From assembly GCA_964442365.1 (NCBI GenBank), contig CAYTZA010000001.1, positions 1 to 48,904 on the forward strand: 48,904 bases of DNA. Direction: 5' to 3'. The DNA comes from an uncultured Candidatus Saccharibacteria bacterium. GTDB lineage: Bacteria; Patescibacteriota; Minisyncoccia; Phycocordibacterales; DAORIS01. Positions 16,910 through 26,687 of the stretch are shown one piece after another. A program made the position numbers and the translations under genes. Positions within the stretch are counted from its first letter, which is position 1. Each line of letters begins with the position of its first letter. Below the pieces are notes generated by a model. The model searched no databases. It was given only the letters and a program-made list of their open reading frames with translations, and was not told the origin of the DNA.

Positions 16910-19135
16910 ATGAAAAAAAATACCCTAATAATACAAATTATCACAGTAGCGCTTTTTTCAGTATTGTTTGTACCACTTATTGTATCTAATAGTCTATTTT
17001 TTCCTTTTATCACAGGAAAAGGATTCTTTTTTAGAACAATAGTACTTATTGTTTGTGCTTTATATGTATGGCTTGTAATAAACGATCGTGCATATCTTCC
17101 TAAAAAGTCTTTTATACTTTGGGCAATTGTCGCCTTTTTGGCACTGATGGGTCTATCAACTTTTTTAAGTGAGAATCCTTATAAAAGTTTCTGGAGTAAC
17201 TTTGAGCGTATGGAGGGATATATTACGCTTTTGTGTCTTTTTGCGTATTTTATAGTTGCAAGTACAGTTTTTAATACTCATAAACTGTGGCTATGGTTTT
17301 TCAATTCGTCACTTATCGTGAGTGTAGTTGTTGGAATACGGGGTTTGGCCGATTTATCAAAAGGAGTAGACCGAGTATTTGGTTCCCTTGGTAATTCATC
17401 GTATCTTGCGGTGTATGCTCTTATCCATGTTTTTCTAGCTATCTTTTTTCTCATTCGTACTCTTGAGCAGAGTAAAAAACATGCGACACCTGCTTTTGAA
17501 AAAATATTGTGGTATGGATTTTTGATTGTTGGTAATAGTGTAGTGTTGTATTTTACTGGTACACGAGGAGCTCTTCTTGGATTGTTTGGCGGTGGCATGG
17601 TACTTGCCATAATACTGGCTTTATTTGAGAGACAAAAAACATATTTACGTGTACTTGGGGGTGTTGGTATTGGACTTGCTGTTGTGATAATCGTGACACT
17701 TGGTTTGCTTCGAGGTACAGAGTTTGCTCAGTCTAGTCCTCTTATCGGACGTTACAGTAATCTTGTTACTTTTGATGTGAAGGGTGTTTTTGAAAGTCAG
17801 GGATACAGTAGAACACTTTTATGGCCTATGGCTTGGGAAGGTATTAAAGAGCGACCGCTGTTTGGTTGGGGTCAAGAAAGTTTTAATTACGTATTTGCAA
17901 AATACTATAATCCAAATATGTATGGTCAGGAGCAGTGGTTTGATCGTGCTCACAATGTGTTTCTTGATTGGCTTATAGCAGGAGGAGTATTCGGTTTATT
18001 GTCCTATTTGTCTCTATTTGTAGTATTCCTCTGGTATCTCACAATTGCACCAGCAACACTACTTAGTCGTGCTGAGAAAGCGGTACTGGCTAGTCTTGTG
18101 GTTGCATATTCTATACACAATTTATTCGTATTCGATCATTTGGTGAGTTATGTATTTTTCTTCTCTTTGCTTGCATACATGCAGTATATCTACAGTACAT
18201 CTACAGACAGATCTGATACAGGAATTCCTTTGATAAGGAATCGAAATACTGGGTATGTTTTAGGAACAGTTTCAAGTGTTCTTTTTGTGGGTCTTTTGTG
18301 GTTAGTGGTAGTGCGTCCCTTGCAAGCAAATACAACACTTATATCTGCTTTCATATATCAAGCCGAATATGCAGAAGGAAATGTTGGACGTAAAGGTGAA
18401 ACACAAACTTTAAGAGATATGCTCGATGCGTATAAAAAAGCTTTGAGTTATAACACTTTTGGTACGACTGAGATTCGTGAACAACTTGTTACTTCAGGCC
18501 AAAATGCATTACGTGCTGATCCTACTTTGGCAAACGAAACAGTTATGCTTGTAGCAAGCGAAATGACAAAACAAGTTCAAAATAATCTCAACGATCCAAG
18601 GTATCATTTCTTTTTGAGTACATTTTTATCAGGTATTCGTATGTACCCAGAAGCTTTACAAGGGGCAGAAGCTGCAGAGAAACTTTCTCCGTCTAAACAA
18701 TCTTTTAAGTTTGTAAAAGGAGAGATTCTTATTAATCAAAAGAAATATTCAGAAGCATTTGAAGTGTTTAAACAGGCATATGATTTAGCCCCTGAATATG
18801 AACAAGCAAGAGCTTTGTATCTAATCTCAGCTGTTTATGCTGGCAAACAAAAAGAAATTAACGACATATTGGTACAATATCCGTCAGTGATTGCAGACGT
18901 TAGAGTAATTAAAGCTTTTATCACCACAGGAAACATATCGAAAGGGGTCGATCTTTTAGAGAAATATTCTATCCAAAATCCTACGGATACAAATAGTAAA
19001 ATTCTACTTGCTGCAGGGTATTTAGAAATGGGTAATAAAACGAAGGCTCTGAATATACTCTCTGGTGCTGGCACTCAAGCTGCGCAATATATTCAGGCAA
19101 TTAACAGTGGTACTAGGTCATTGTTTAGTCAGTAG
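16910..19135 (+). CDS. Wzy_C (O-antigen ligase/polymerase-like) polytopic membrane protein with a C-terminal TPR domain
   Basis: LFGWGQESF...FDRAHNVFLDWLIAGGVFG is the Wzy_C periplasmic-loop signature. The C-terminal ~250 aa are TPR-like (YSEAFEVFKQAYDLAPEYEQA...). Confidence 0.75.
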   Translation: MKKNTLIIQIITVALFSVLFVPLIVSNSLFFPFITGKGFFFRTIVLIVCALYVWLVINDRAYLPKKSFILWAIVAFLALMGLSTFLSENPYKSFWSNFERMEGYITLLCLFAYFIVASTVFNTHKLWLWFFNSSLIVSVVVGIRGLADLSKGVDRVFGSLGNSSYLAVYALIHVFLAIFFLIRTLEQSKKHATPAFEKILWYGFLIVGNSVVLYFTGTRGALLGLFGGGMVLAIILALFERQKTYLRVLGGVGIGLAVVIIVTLGLLRGTEFAQSSPLIGRYSNLVTFDVKGVFESQGYSRTLLWPMAWEGIKERPLFGWGQESFNYVFAKYYNPNMYGQEQWFDRAHNVFLDWLIAGGVFGLLSYLSLFVVFLWYLTIAPATLLSRAEKAVLASLVVAYSIHNLFVFDHLVSYVFFFSLLAYMQYIYSTSTDRSDTGIPLIRNRNTGYVLGTVSSVLFVGLLWLVVVRPLQANTTLISAFIYQAEYAEGNVGRKGETQTLRDMLDAYKKALSYNTFGTTEIREQLVTSGQNALRADPTLANETVMLVASEMTKQVQNNLNDPRYHFFLSTFLSGIRMYPEALQGAEAAEKLSPSKQSFKFVKGEILINQKKYSEAFEVFKQAYDLAPEYEQARALYLISAVYAGKQKEINDILVQYPSVIADVRVIKAFITTGNISKGVDLLEKYSIQNPTDTNSKILLAAGYLEMGNKTKALNILSGAGTQAAQYIQAINSGTRSLFSQ

Positions 19136-19138
19136 TAC

Positions 19139-19168
19139 TTGATTAGAATTTTATCATTGTGATATAAT
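19139..19168 (+). promoter_or_regulatory. Extended -10 promoter (TTGATT-18 nt-TGaTATAAT)
   Basis: TTGATT at 19139-19144, TG at 19160-19161, TATAAT at 19163-19168. Confidence 0.55.
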
Positions 19169-19174
19169 AGTAAG

Positions 19175-19250
19175 GTGAGTGCTTTCAGAAGTGTTAGCAC
19201 TGGCAAACAAATGTAACACATAGCTCTCGCAAGAGAGCTTTTGTGTTGTT
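19175..19250 (+). ncRNA. Candidate ~75-nt small RNA (promoter-to-terminator unit)
   Basis: Begins just downstream of the 19139-19168 promoter. Contains hairpin GTGCT/AGCAC (19178-19200) and ends in AGCTCTC-GCAA-GAGAGCT (19222-19239) followed by TTTTGTGTTGTT. No ORF. Ends are approximate. Confidence 0.4.
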
Positions 19251-19253
19251 CGG

Positions 19254-19283
19254 GTGACAAAATAATCACTTACGGGTTATAAT
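19254..19283 (+). promoter_or_regulatory. Candidate murB promoter (GTGACA-18 nt-TATAAT)
   Basis: GTGACA at 19254-19259 and TATAAT at 19278-19283. It would give a ~95-nt structured leader. Confidence 0.45.
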
Positions 19284-19384
19284 AAAAATCTGGTGTTTCT
19301 AGCACCGGTCGCCGGTCGCACTCACATTACATTTGTTTAAGGAGCTAGCCCCGACGACCGATACTGGACGCACTTTTTTTGTAT

Positions 19385-20404
19385 ATGAGAATTGAGCACG
19401 ACATACCACTTGGTCCACTCACCACTTTTAAGATTGGTGGCAATGCTCGTTTATATACCCGTGTTTCAACGCTTGATGATTTAAAAGCTGCTGTTGGTTA
19501 TGCTCATGCCCTAGATATTCCTATTTTTATACTTGGCGGTGGTTCAAATGTACTTATTTCAGATAAAGGTTTTTCCGGTTTAGTAATACAACCTGTATTT
19601 ACTGGTATTAGTTGTGACAGTATTGTTGATCGAGGTGAGTGTGTTGCGCATGCTGGTGATATTTGGGACGATGTTGTTAAAGCGAGTGTTCAATATGGTT
19701 TATCCGGATTAGAGAATCTGTCTTTAATACCAGGAACACTTGGTGGGGCTGTAGTTCAAAATATTGGTGCTTACGGGACTGAACTTGAACGTGTTTTTGT
19801 TTGGGCTGACGTATTTGATATGCGAACAGGAGAAATTATACGTTTACATAAAATAGATTGTGATTTTGGTTATCGTTCGAGTATTTTTAAAACTCCAGAA
19901 GGAAGAAATTATATTGTTATCAAAGCAGCGTTTAAATTGATAAAAAATATTCCTCCCGATATTTCATATAAAGATTTACAGATATATTTTACTGAACAAA
20001 AGAACTCGCATCCAGGTATTCAAGGAGTCCGTGATGCTGTGATTGCTATTCGCACCGAGAAATTACCAGATCTTTCTCGTTTGGGTAGTGCTGGATCTTT
20101 TTTTAAAAATCCTGTTATAGAAAAAGTTCACGCTGATCAGTTGTCAAAAAAATATCCAAACATGCCAGTATTTCCAATTTCTGATGAAATGGTAAAAGTT
20201 TCTGCTGCATGGATTATCGATAATATTTGTAAATTAAGAGGTTATCGCGAAGGTGATGCTGGTATTTCTCCAGTGCAAGCTTTAGTGCTTGTAAACTATG
20301 GAAAGGCTACAGCAAGTGATATTTCTTCTTTGGCAAAAAAAATTATTGAAGCAGTATACTCGGCTACATCTATACGTTTAGAACCAGAAGTGGAAAGTGT
20401 TTGA
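19385..20404 (+). CDS. murB: UDP-N-acetylenolpyruvoylglucosamine reductase
   Basis: LGPLTTFKIGG, ILGGGSNVLISD (FAD-binding), GAVVQNIGAYG, FGYRSS and GSFFKNP. Start set at ATG 19385. Confidence 0.9.
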   Translation: MRIEHDIPLGPLTTFKIGGNARLYTRVSTLDDLKAAVGYAHALDIPIFILGGGSNVLISDKGFSGLVIQPVFTGISCDSIVDRGECVAHAGDIWDDVVKASVQYGLSGLENLSLIPGTLGGAVVQNIGAYGTELERVFVWADVFDMRTGEIIRLHKIDCDFGYRSSIFKTPEGRNYIVIKAAFKLIKNIPPDISYKDLQIYFTEQKNSHPGIQGVRDAVIAIRTEKLPDLSRLGSAGSFFKNPVIEKVHADQLSKKYPNMPVFPISDEMVKVSAAWIIDNICKLRGYREGDAGISPVQALVLVNYGKATASDISSLAKKIIEAVYSATSIRLEPEVESV

Positions 20405-20440
20405 CTAAAACAAGTTTGATGGTCTATAATTGTATTTGTG

Positions 20441-20480
20441 GTAAAGCTAGAGAGTGCGGGTTCGATCCCCGTCATGTCCA
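20441..20480 (+). pseudogene. Orphan tRNA 3'-fragment-like sequence (T arm plus 3' acceptor strand)
   Basis: GCGGG-TTCGATC-CCCGT T arm (20456-20472), followed by CATGTCC-A. No complementary 5' acceptor strand (GGACATG), D arm or anticodon arm lies in the 75 nt upstream. Confidence 0.45.
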
Positions 20481-20490
20481 AGGGATTTAT

Positions 20491-20760
20491 TTAACCAAGT
20501 TTGATATGGAAGGGGATATCTAGAACAAGAGCTAGTCTTCGTATAAAAGAAAGAGACGGAGTAGTTTGTGCGTTTTCAACACGAGAAATAACTGATTGTT
20601 TTGTTTTTAATTTTCGAGCAAGTTTTTCTTGGGTGTAGCCCTTTTTGATTCGTGCTTCTATGAGAGCACAAGCGATTTGGAATTCTAATTCAGATTCAGC
20701 ATATGCTTTTCTGAAGGCGGGATTCTTCATAAGTTCTTTTTTATGTTCCAAGAAATTCAT
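20491..20760 (-). CDS. XRE-family HTH antitoxin (HigA-like)
   Basis: 89-aa ORF. KGYTQEKLARKLKTKQSVISRVEN is a classic XRE helix-turn-helix. It lies immediately downstream of the toxin gene. Confidence 0.8.
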   Translation of the reverse strand: MNFLEHKKELMKNPAFRKAYAESELEFQIACALIEARIKKGYTQEKLARKLKTKQSVISRVENAQTTPSLSFIRRLALVLDIPFHIKLG

Positions 20761-20783
20761 ATAGTTATATTATCACAATTTTG

Positions 20784-21137
20784 TTATATTACAAATTTGT
20801 AGTTATTTAGTCTTTTGATTGCTGTATTAATCTCTTGTATCTCGGTTTTTTGGGTTTTCTTTTTGAATATATGAAGAATAAGAAATGTTCGTTCTATTTG
20901 TGTTACATAAAAAACACGAATATTATCTGATCCAAGTATTCTGATTTCCCATAAAGATGTATTTCTAATTTTTTTAATATGCGGCGGACCAAGACGTATT
21001 CCGTATTTTTTTAATAATTCTATAGAGCGAATGACTTTTATTTGTGTCTTTTCTTGCAAAGTATTAATAAACTCTTCAATTAGTTTGTCTCCTCTTGCAG
21101 ATTCATAATAAACAATATTCCAAGGTTCTTCATTCAT
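20784..21137 (-). CDS. RelE/ParE-superfamily toxin (Gp49/HigB-like)
   Basis: 117-aa ORF with IEEFINTL..K....I...I.LL...G..L..PH.K......LWEIR....IRVFY, the pattern of phage Gp49-like HigB toxins. Toxin-first gene order. Confidence 0.75.
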   Translation of the reverse strand: MNEEPWNIVYYESARGDKLIEEFINTLQEKTQIKVIRSIELLKKYGIRLGPPHIKKIRNTSLWEIRILGSDNIRVFYVTQIERTFLILHIFKKKTQKTEIQEINTAIKRLNNYKFVI

Positions 21138-21242
21138 GAGACTACGATTACACAGTGACCATAAAGAATCTTATAGAAGAAGATAAAAAGATCATAAAAA
21201 CCACACTTTTCGATTGGGGATAAATATGATACGATTGCCCGT

Positions 21243-23771
21243 ATGTTTTCACTCGCAGGACTATTTAAAGGTGGTAGTAATACATCTATAATAAAGAAAT
21301 ATAAGCCTCGTATTGAGGCTATAAACGCTTTAGAAGAGGTATATACAAAGCTTTCGACAGAAGAGTTAAAGGGGCGTACTGTAGCGTTTCGTGAGCGCTT
21401 AGAGAAGGGTGAATATCTTGATGATCTATTGCCAGATGCATTTGCTGCTGTTCGTGAGGCTGCAAAACGCACACTCAATCAGAGGCATTTTGATGTGCAG
21501 CTTGTTGGAGGCATGATACTCCACTCTGGAGCGATAGCTGAAATGAAGACAGGAGAAGGAAAGACACTTGTTGCTACGCTTCCAACATATCTCAATGCTC
21601 TTATGGGGCAGGGTGCACACGTGGTTACTGTAAACGATTATCTTTCTCGCCGTGATGCTGTATGGATGGGTCAAATATATGACGCTCTTGGTATGACTGT
21701 TGGTGTTATAAACAGTGATCTTTCTTTTAGATATGATCCGAGTCATAAAGAAGAAGACAAAGAACGTGATGAGGTCGCTTCTTTTAAAGTTATGTACGAT
21801 TTTCTTCGTCCGTGTAGTCGTACTGAAGCATATGCTGCTGATATTACTTATGGTACCAACAATGAATACGGCTTTGATTATCTTCGTGACAACATAGAAT
21901 ATCAAGTATCTTCACTTCGTCAGCGTGGACATTATTTTGCTATTGTCGACGAAGTAGACTCTATACTTATCGATGAAGCACGTACTCCTCTTATTATCTC
22001 TGCGCCTACGGTTGAATCAGAAAATCTTTATGCGGTATTTTCAAAAATTGCTGATAAACTTTCAGAGGGTGAGCACTATACGATTGATGAGAAACTTAGA
22101 CAGATACAACTTACTGACAAAGGTATAGAACAAGCTGAAAAAGCTCTTGGTGTTGATAATATTTACACTGAGAAAGGTATTAAATACGTACATCATTTGG
22201 AAACAGCCGTACGCGCAAAGGCTTTATTTAAAAGAGAAAAAGAATATGTTGTACGCAACGGTGAAGTAATTATTGTTGATGAATTTACTGGGCGCATGCA
22301 ACCAGGGCGTCGTTGGTCTGATGGTTTGCATCAAGCGGTTGAATCAAAAGAAGGTGTCAATGTCCAGAAAGAAACACGTACTTACGCTTCTATTACATTT
22401 CAAAATTATTTTCGTCTATACAAAAAACTTGCAGGTATGACTGGTACGGCTGTAACTTCAAAAGAAGAGTTTTATAAAGTATACGGTTTAGATACGATGG
22501 TTGTGCCTACACATCGTCCTATTGCCAGACTCGATCTTAACGATCGTATATATCAAAGTGAACATGGTAAATTTTTGGCTGTAGCGCAACAAGTAAAAGC
22601 GTTGCATGAAAAAGGACAACCTGTACTTATTGGTACGGTCTCTATAGAAAAAAATGAAACCTTTTCTTCATATTTGGATAAAATTTCTGTACCGTATCAA
22701 GTACTCAATGCTAAGAATCATGAAAAAGAAGGAGAGATAATTGCTCAGGCAGGAAAGAAGGGTGGTGTTACGATTGCTACAAACATGGCAGGCCGAGGAG
22801 TGGATATTAGACTTGGCGGAGCAGGATCTAGTCCTGAAGAATATGATGCTATTAAAAATCTTGGTGGATTGTTTGTAATAGGTACAGAAAGACATGAGGC
22901 ACGACGTATTGATAATCAGCTTCGAGGTCGTTCTGGAAGACAGGGTGATCCTGGTAGTACACAGTTTTTTGTATCACTCGAAGATCCTATTATGCGCGTG
23001 TTTGCTTCAGATTTGGTAAAACGCATGATGGGTAAGCTTGGCATGAAAGAAGATGAACCTATTGAAAATAGATTATTAACCAGGGGACTTGAATCAGCAC
23101 AGACTAAAATAGAAGGATTACATTTTGATTCTCGTAAACATACACTACAGTATGATGATGTACTTAACTATCAAAGAAAAATTGTATATGAAAGACGTCG
23201 ATCTGTTTTGCTTGGGCAAGAACCAGAACTGAAAAAAGTACTCGAAGATATATTACTTAGCGAAAATATTGCTGATGATGTCAAAAAGAGTATTGAAGAA
23301 AAAAAGAAGACTCTTGGTGACGAAGAGTTTTACAAAACATTTAGACGTATCATGTTACAAACAATTGATATGTTTTGGATAGATCATCTTGAACAGATGG
23401 ATTATCTTAGAAGTTCAGTTAATCTTCGTGCCTATGGACAACGTGATCCGCTTGTTGAGTATAAAAAAGATGGACTAAGACTCTTTAAAGAAATGCAAGG
23501 ATCTATCAACGCTCACGCTCTGTCACTTATAGGATCTATTGCAGAAAGTGCTCCTACTGATATCGAACGTGTTATGCAAAAAGTTCAGGCACAAGCGAGT
23601 CTTATTGGTGGATCAGATACTGCTTCATCACCCATAATATTGAAAGGACAGAAAGAAGAAAAGAAAGGAAGAAATGACAAAGTATCTGTGGAAAAAGATG
23701 GAGTCAAAAAAGAGATAAAATATAAACACCTTGACCAGCATATCCAAGAAGGCTGGAAAGAAGTTGTATGA
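21243..23771 (+). CDS. secA: Preprotein translocase ATPase SecA
   Basis: 842 aa with RHFDVQLVGGMILH, AEMKTGEGKTLVA, VVTVNDYL, VDEVDSILIDEARTPLIIS, GMTGTA, TNMAGRGVDI and LRGRSGRQGDPG. Confidence 0.95.
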   Translation: MFSLAGLFKGGSNTSIIKKYKPRIEAINALEEVYTKLSTEELKGRTVAFRERLEKGEYLDDLLPDAFAAVREAAKRTLNQRHFDVQLVGGMILHSGAIAEMKTGEGKTLVATLPTYLNALMGQGAHVVTVNDYLSRRDAVWMGQIYDALGMTVGVINSDLSFRYDPSHKEEDKERDEVASFKVMYDFLRPCSRTEAYAADITYGTNNEYGFDYLRDNIEYQVSSLRQRGHYFAIVDEVDSILIDEARTPLIISAPTVESENLYAVFSKIADKLSEGEHYTIDEKLRQIQLTDKGIEQAEKALGVDNIYTEKGIKYVHHLETAVRAKALFKREKEYVVRNGEVIIVDEFTGRMQPGRRWSDGLHQAVESKEGVNVQKETRTYASITFQNYFRLYKKLAGMTGTAVTSKEEFYKVYGLDTMVVPTHRPIARLDLNDRIYQSEHGKFLAVAQQVKALHEKGQPVLIGTVSIEKNETFSSYLDKISVPYQVLNAKNHEKEGEIIAQAGKKGGVTIATNMAGRGVDIRLGGAGSSPEEYDAIKNLGGLFVIGTERHEARRIDNQLRGRSGRQGDPGSTQFFVSLEDPIMRVFASDLVKRMMGKLGMKEDEPIENRLLTRGLESAQTKIEGLHFDSRKHTLQYDDVLNYQRKIVYERRRSVLLGQEPELKKVLEDILLSENIADDVKKSIEEKKKTLGDEEFYKTFRRIMLQTIDMFWIDHLEQMDYLRSSVNLRAYGQRDPLVEYKKDGLRLFKEMQGSINAHALSLIGSIAESAPTDIERVMQKVQAQASLIGGSDTASSPIILKGQKEEKKGRNDKVSVEKDGVKKEIKYKHLDQHIQEGWKEVV

Positions 23772-24850
23772 TATTAGCCAATAAACCTATTGTACATTTT
23801 CATACGAGTACTGAAAGCTCGTGGAAAGCTATGCTCGATGCTTGTCGTGGCGCCACAAAAAGCATATGTCTTGAACAGTATATTTTTAGTCAGGATCATA
23901 TTGGAACTCAATTTATTGAAGTTCTTGTAGAGAAAGCGCGCTCTGGTGTTAAAGTTAGAGTATTGCTTGATATGGTAGGAAGTCTCGCTTTCTATCTTTC
24001 TGGTCTTGATCACCATCTTCGTGCAAAAGGTGTAGAAGTAGTCTTTTTTAATCCGATATCTCTATGGCGTGTTGGTAACATAACATCACATTTTTTCCGT
24101 GATCATCGTAAAGTGTTGGTTGTTGATGATTCGATAGGTTTTATCGGTGGAGTTGGTATAGAAGATGGAATGAGATCGTGGAGAGATACTATGGTTGAGG
24201 TTCGAGGGGATCTTTGTCGTAACATGACTCATATTTTTGATCTTATGTGGAAACGAGTAGTAAGGGGTCGTTATCGTCGCTTCACGAAACCGCCTGTGTA
24301 CCATAAGCATCATGAGATTTCTATAAATTCTCCACACTTTGGACAACGTTTTGTTTACTATGATCATATTGCTCATGTACGCAATGCGCAACAGCGTATA
24401 TATATGGCTACGCCGTATTTTGCTCCAGACGGTAGGTTTTTTAGAGTATTGCGTATGGCTGCTCATCGAGGTGTTGATGTTCGTCTTCTTGTCCCAGAAG
24501 TTTCAGATATTTATATGATTAACTATATACAGGGTTGGTATATTACGCATGCTTTACAGGCTGGTATAAGAGTATTTATGTATAAAGGAAGTTTTTATCA
24601 TACTAAAATGGCCATGGTAGATGAAAGTTGGGCAACGGTTGGTTCTTTTAATCTTGATAATCTAAGTTTTATTTTTAATCACGAAGCAAATATTAGTTCC
24701 ACTGATGATGCTTTTGTTTCTCATATCGAGGAACATTTTAAAAAAGATTTCTCTCTTTCTCGAGAAATTCGTTGGAAAGAATGGTCTAAACGTTCCACCT
24801 TTCAAAAAGTTATGGAGTATATTTCTCGTCCTTTTCATAAGTTGTTTTAG
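23768..24850 (+). CDS. Phospholipase D-family protein with two HKD motifs (ClsB-like cardiolipin synthase / PLD)
   Basis: HKD1 is FRDHRKVLVVDD and HKD2 is FYHTKMAMVDESWATVGSFNLD. No N-terminal TM helices. The ATG overlaps the secA stop (ATGA). Confidence 0.8.
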   Translation: MILANKPIVHFHTSTESSWKAMLDACRGATKSICLEQYIFSQDHIGTQFIEVLVEKARSGVKVRVLLDMVGSLAFYLSGLDHHLRAKGVEVVFFNPISLWRVGNITSHFFRDHRKVLVVDDSIGFIGGVGIEDGMRSWRDTMVEVRGDLCRNMTHIFDLMWKRVVRGRYRRFTKPPVYHKHHEISINSPHFGQRFVYYDHIAHVRNAQQRIYMATPYFAPDGRFFRVLRMAAHRGVDVRLLVPEVSDIYMINYIQGWYITHALQAGIRVFMYKGSFYHTKMAMVDESWATVGSFNLDNLSFIFNHEANISSTDDAFVSHIEEHFKKDFSLSREIRWKEWSKRSTFQKVMEYISRPFHKLF

Positions 24851-26150
<1,300 letters not shown>

Positions 26151-26152
<2 letters not shown>

Positions 26153-26173
26153 AAACCACCTCGAGTGAAGTGG
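26151..26173 (-). terminator. Intrinsic terminator for the minus-strand ACP-like ORF, lying between convergent genes
   Basis: Hairpin CCACCTC/gagt/GAAGTGG (26156-26173, one mismatch). On the minus strand it is followed by TTTTT (complement of 26151-26155). Confidence 0.5.
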
Positions 26174-26192
26174 TGTGTGAATATGGTTGTGT

Positions 26193-26597
26193 CTACTTAG
26201 TGAGCTTGCTTTTTACAAAACGACACAAGTTCTCAACGGTAAACAAGTCTTGAAGTTCTTCGACCTTGCGATGTGTTTCGAAAGCATCTAGACCCTTAAT
26301 GTGCCGAAATTTCTTCCTCATTTTTTTCATACCAAGGTCAGTGACTAGACCGTTTTTAACGCAGTCCGGCTCATCAATTATGCTCTCAGCAGTCATTTCG
26401 CCTGGGTTGATTTTGATCCTCCACATTCTTTCGGCGCGGAAGGTGATGTCGAGTCGGTCGATAGATTCTGCTCCAAGATCAGCATAGATTCTGGATGTGT
26501 AAGTGACTTCCTCTTCATCAACACCGAGAGCTTCGGCGAGAAGTTTCTGAACCTTTTGGAAGATTTCTTGATCAGACGGACAGTTTTTTACGAGCAT
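26193..26597 (-). CDS. Acyl/peptidyl carrier protein-like domain protein with a ~65-aa C-terminal extension
   Basis: ATG at 26597, preceded by AAGGAGG (26608-26602) and a 4-nt spacer. ...LLAEALGVDEEEVTYTSRIYADLGAESIDRLDITF matches the ACP helix II region (DLGxDSLD), with Ser in GAES. The 26193..26759 N-terminal extension reads through the SD (..QQGG..) and is rejected. Confidence 0.6.
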   Translation of the reverse strand: MLVKNCPSDQEIFQKVQKLLAEALGVDEEEVTYTSRIYADLGAESIDRLDITFRAERMWRIKINPGEMTAESIIDEPDCVKNGLVTDLGMKKMRKKFRHIKGLDAFETHRKVEELQDLFTVENLCRFVKSKLTK

Positions 26598-26687
26598 GAG
26601 TCCTCCTTGTTGGTGGTGAAAGAGACAAGAAACAACTGTAGGATATGTAACCATACTTTTAAGAAATATGCTATGATTCTTTCGTTC

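Noticed and set aside
19175-19380. 6S RNA, SRP RNA or a known riboswitch as the identity of the structured murB upstream region.
   Set aside because: The long-range complementarities are in non-nested order, unlike the 6S rod. No SRP domain IV motif or recognisable riboswitch core was seen. It is kept as an unclassified candidate.
20441-20480. The possibility that the T arm/acceptor fragment is the 3' end of tmRNA (ssrA), or one piece of a permuted tmRNA.
   Set aside because: The partner 5' strand would be GGACATG, with no G3:U70 alanine identity pair. The ~350 nt upstream is murB coding sequence, and the sequence downstream is the antitoxin gene, so there is no space for a tag ORF or pseudoknots.
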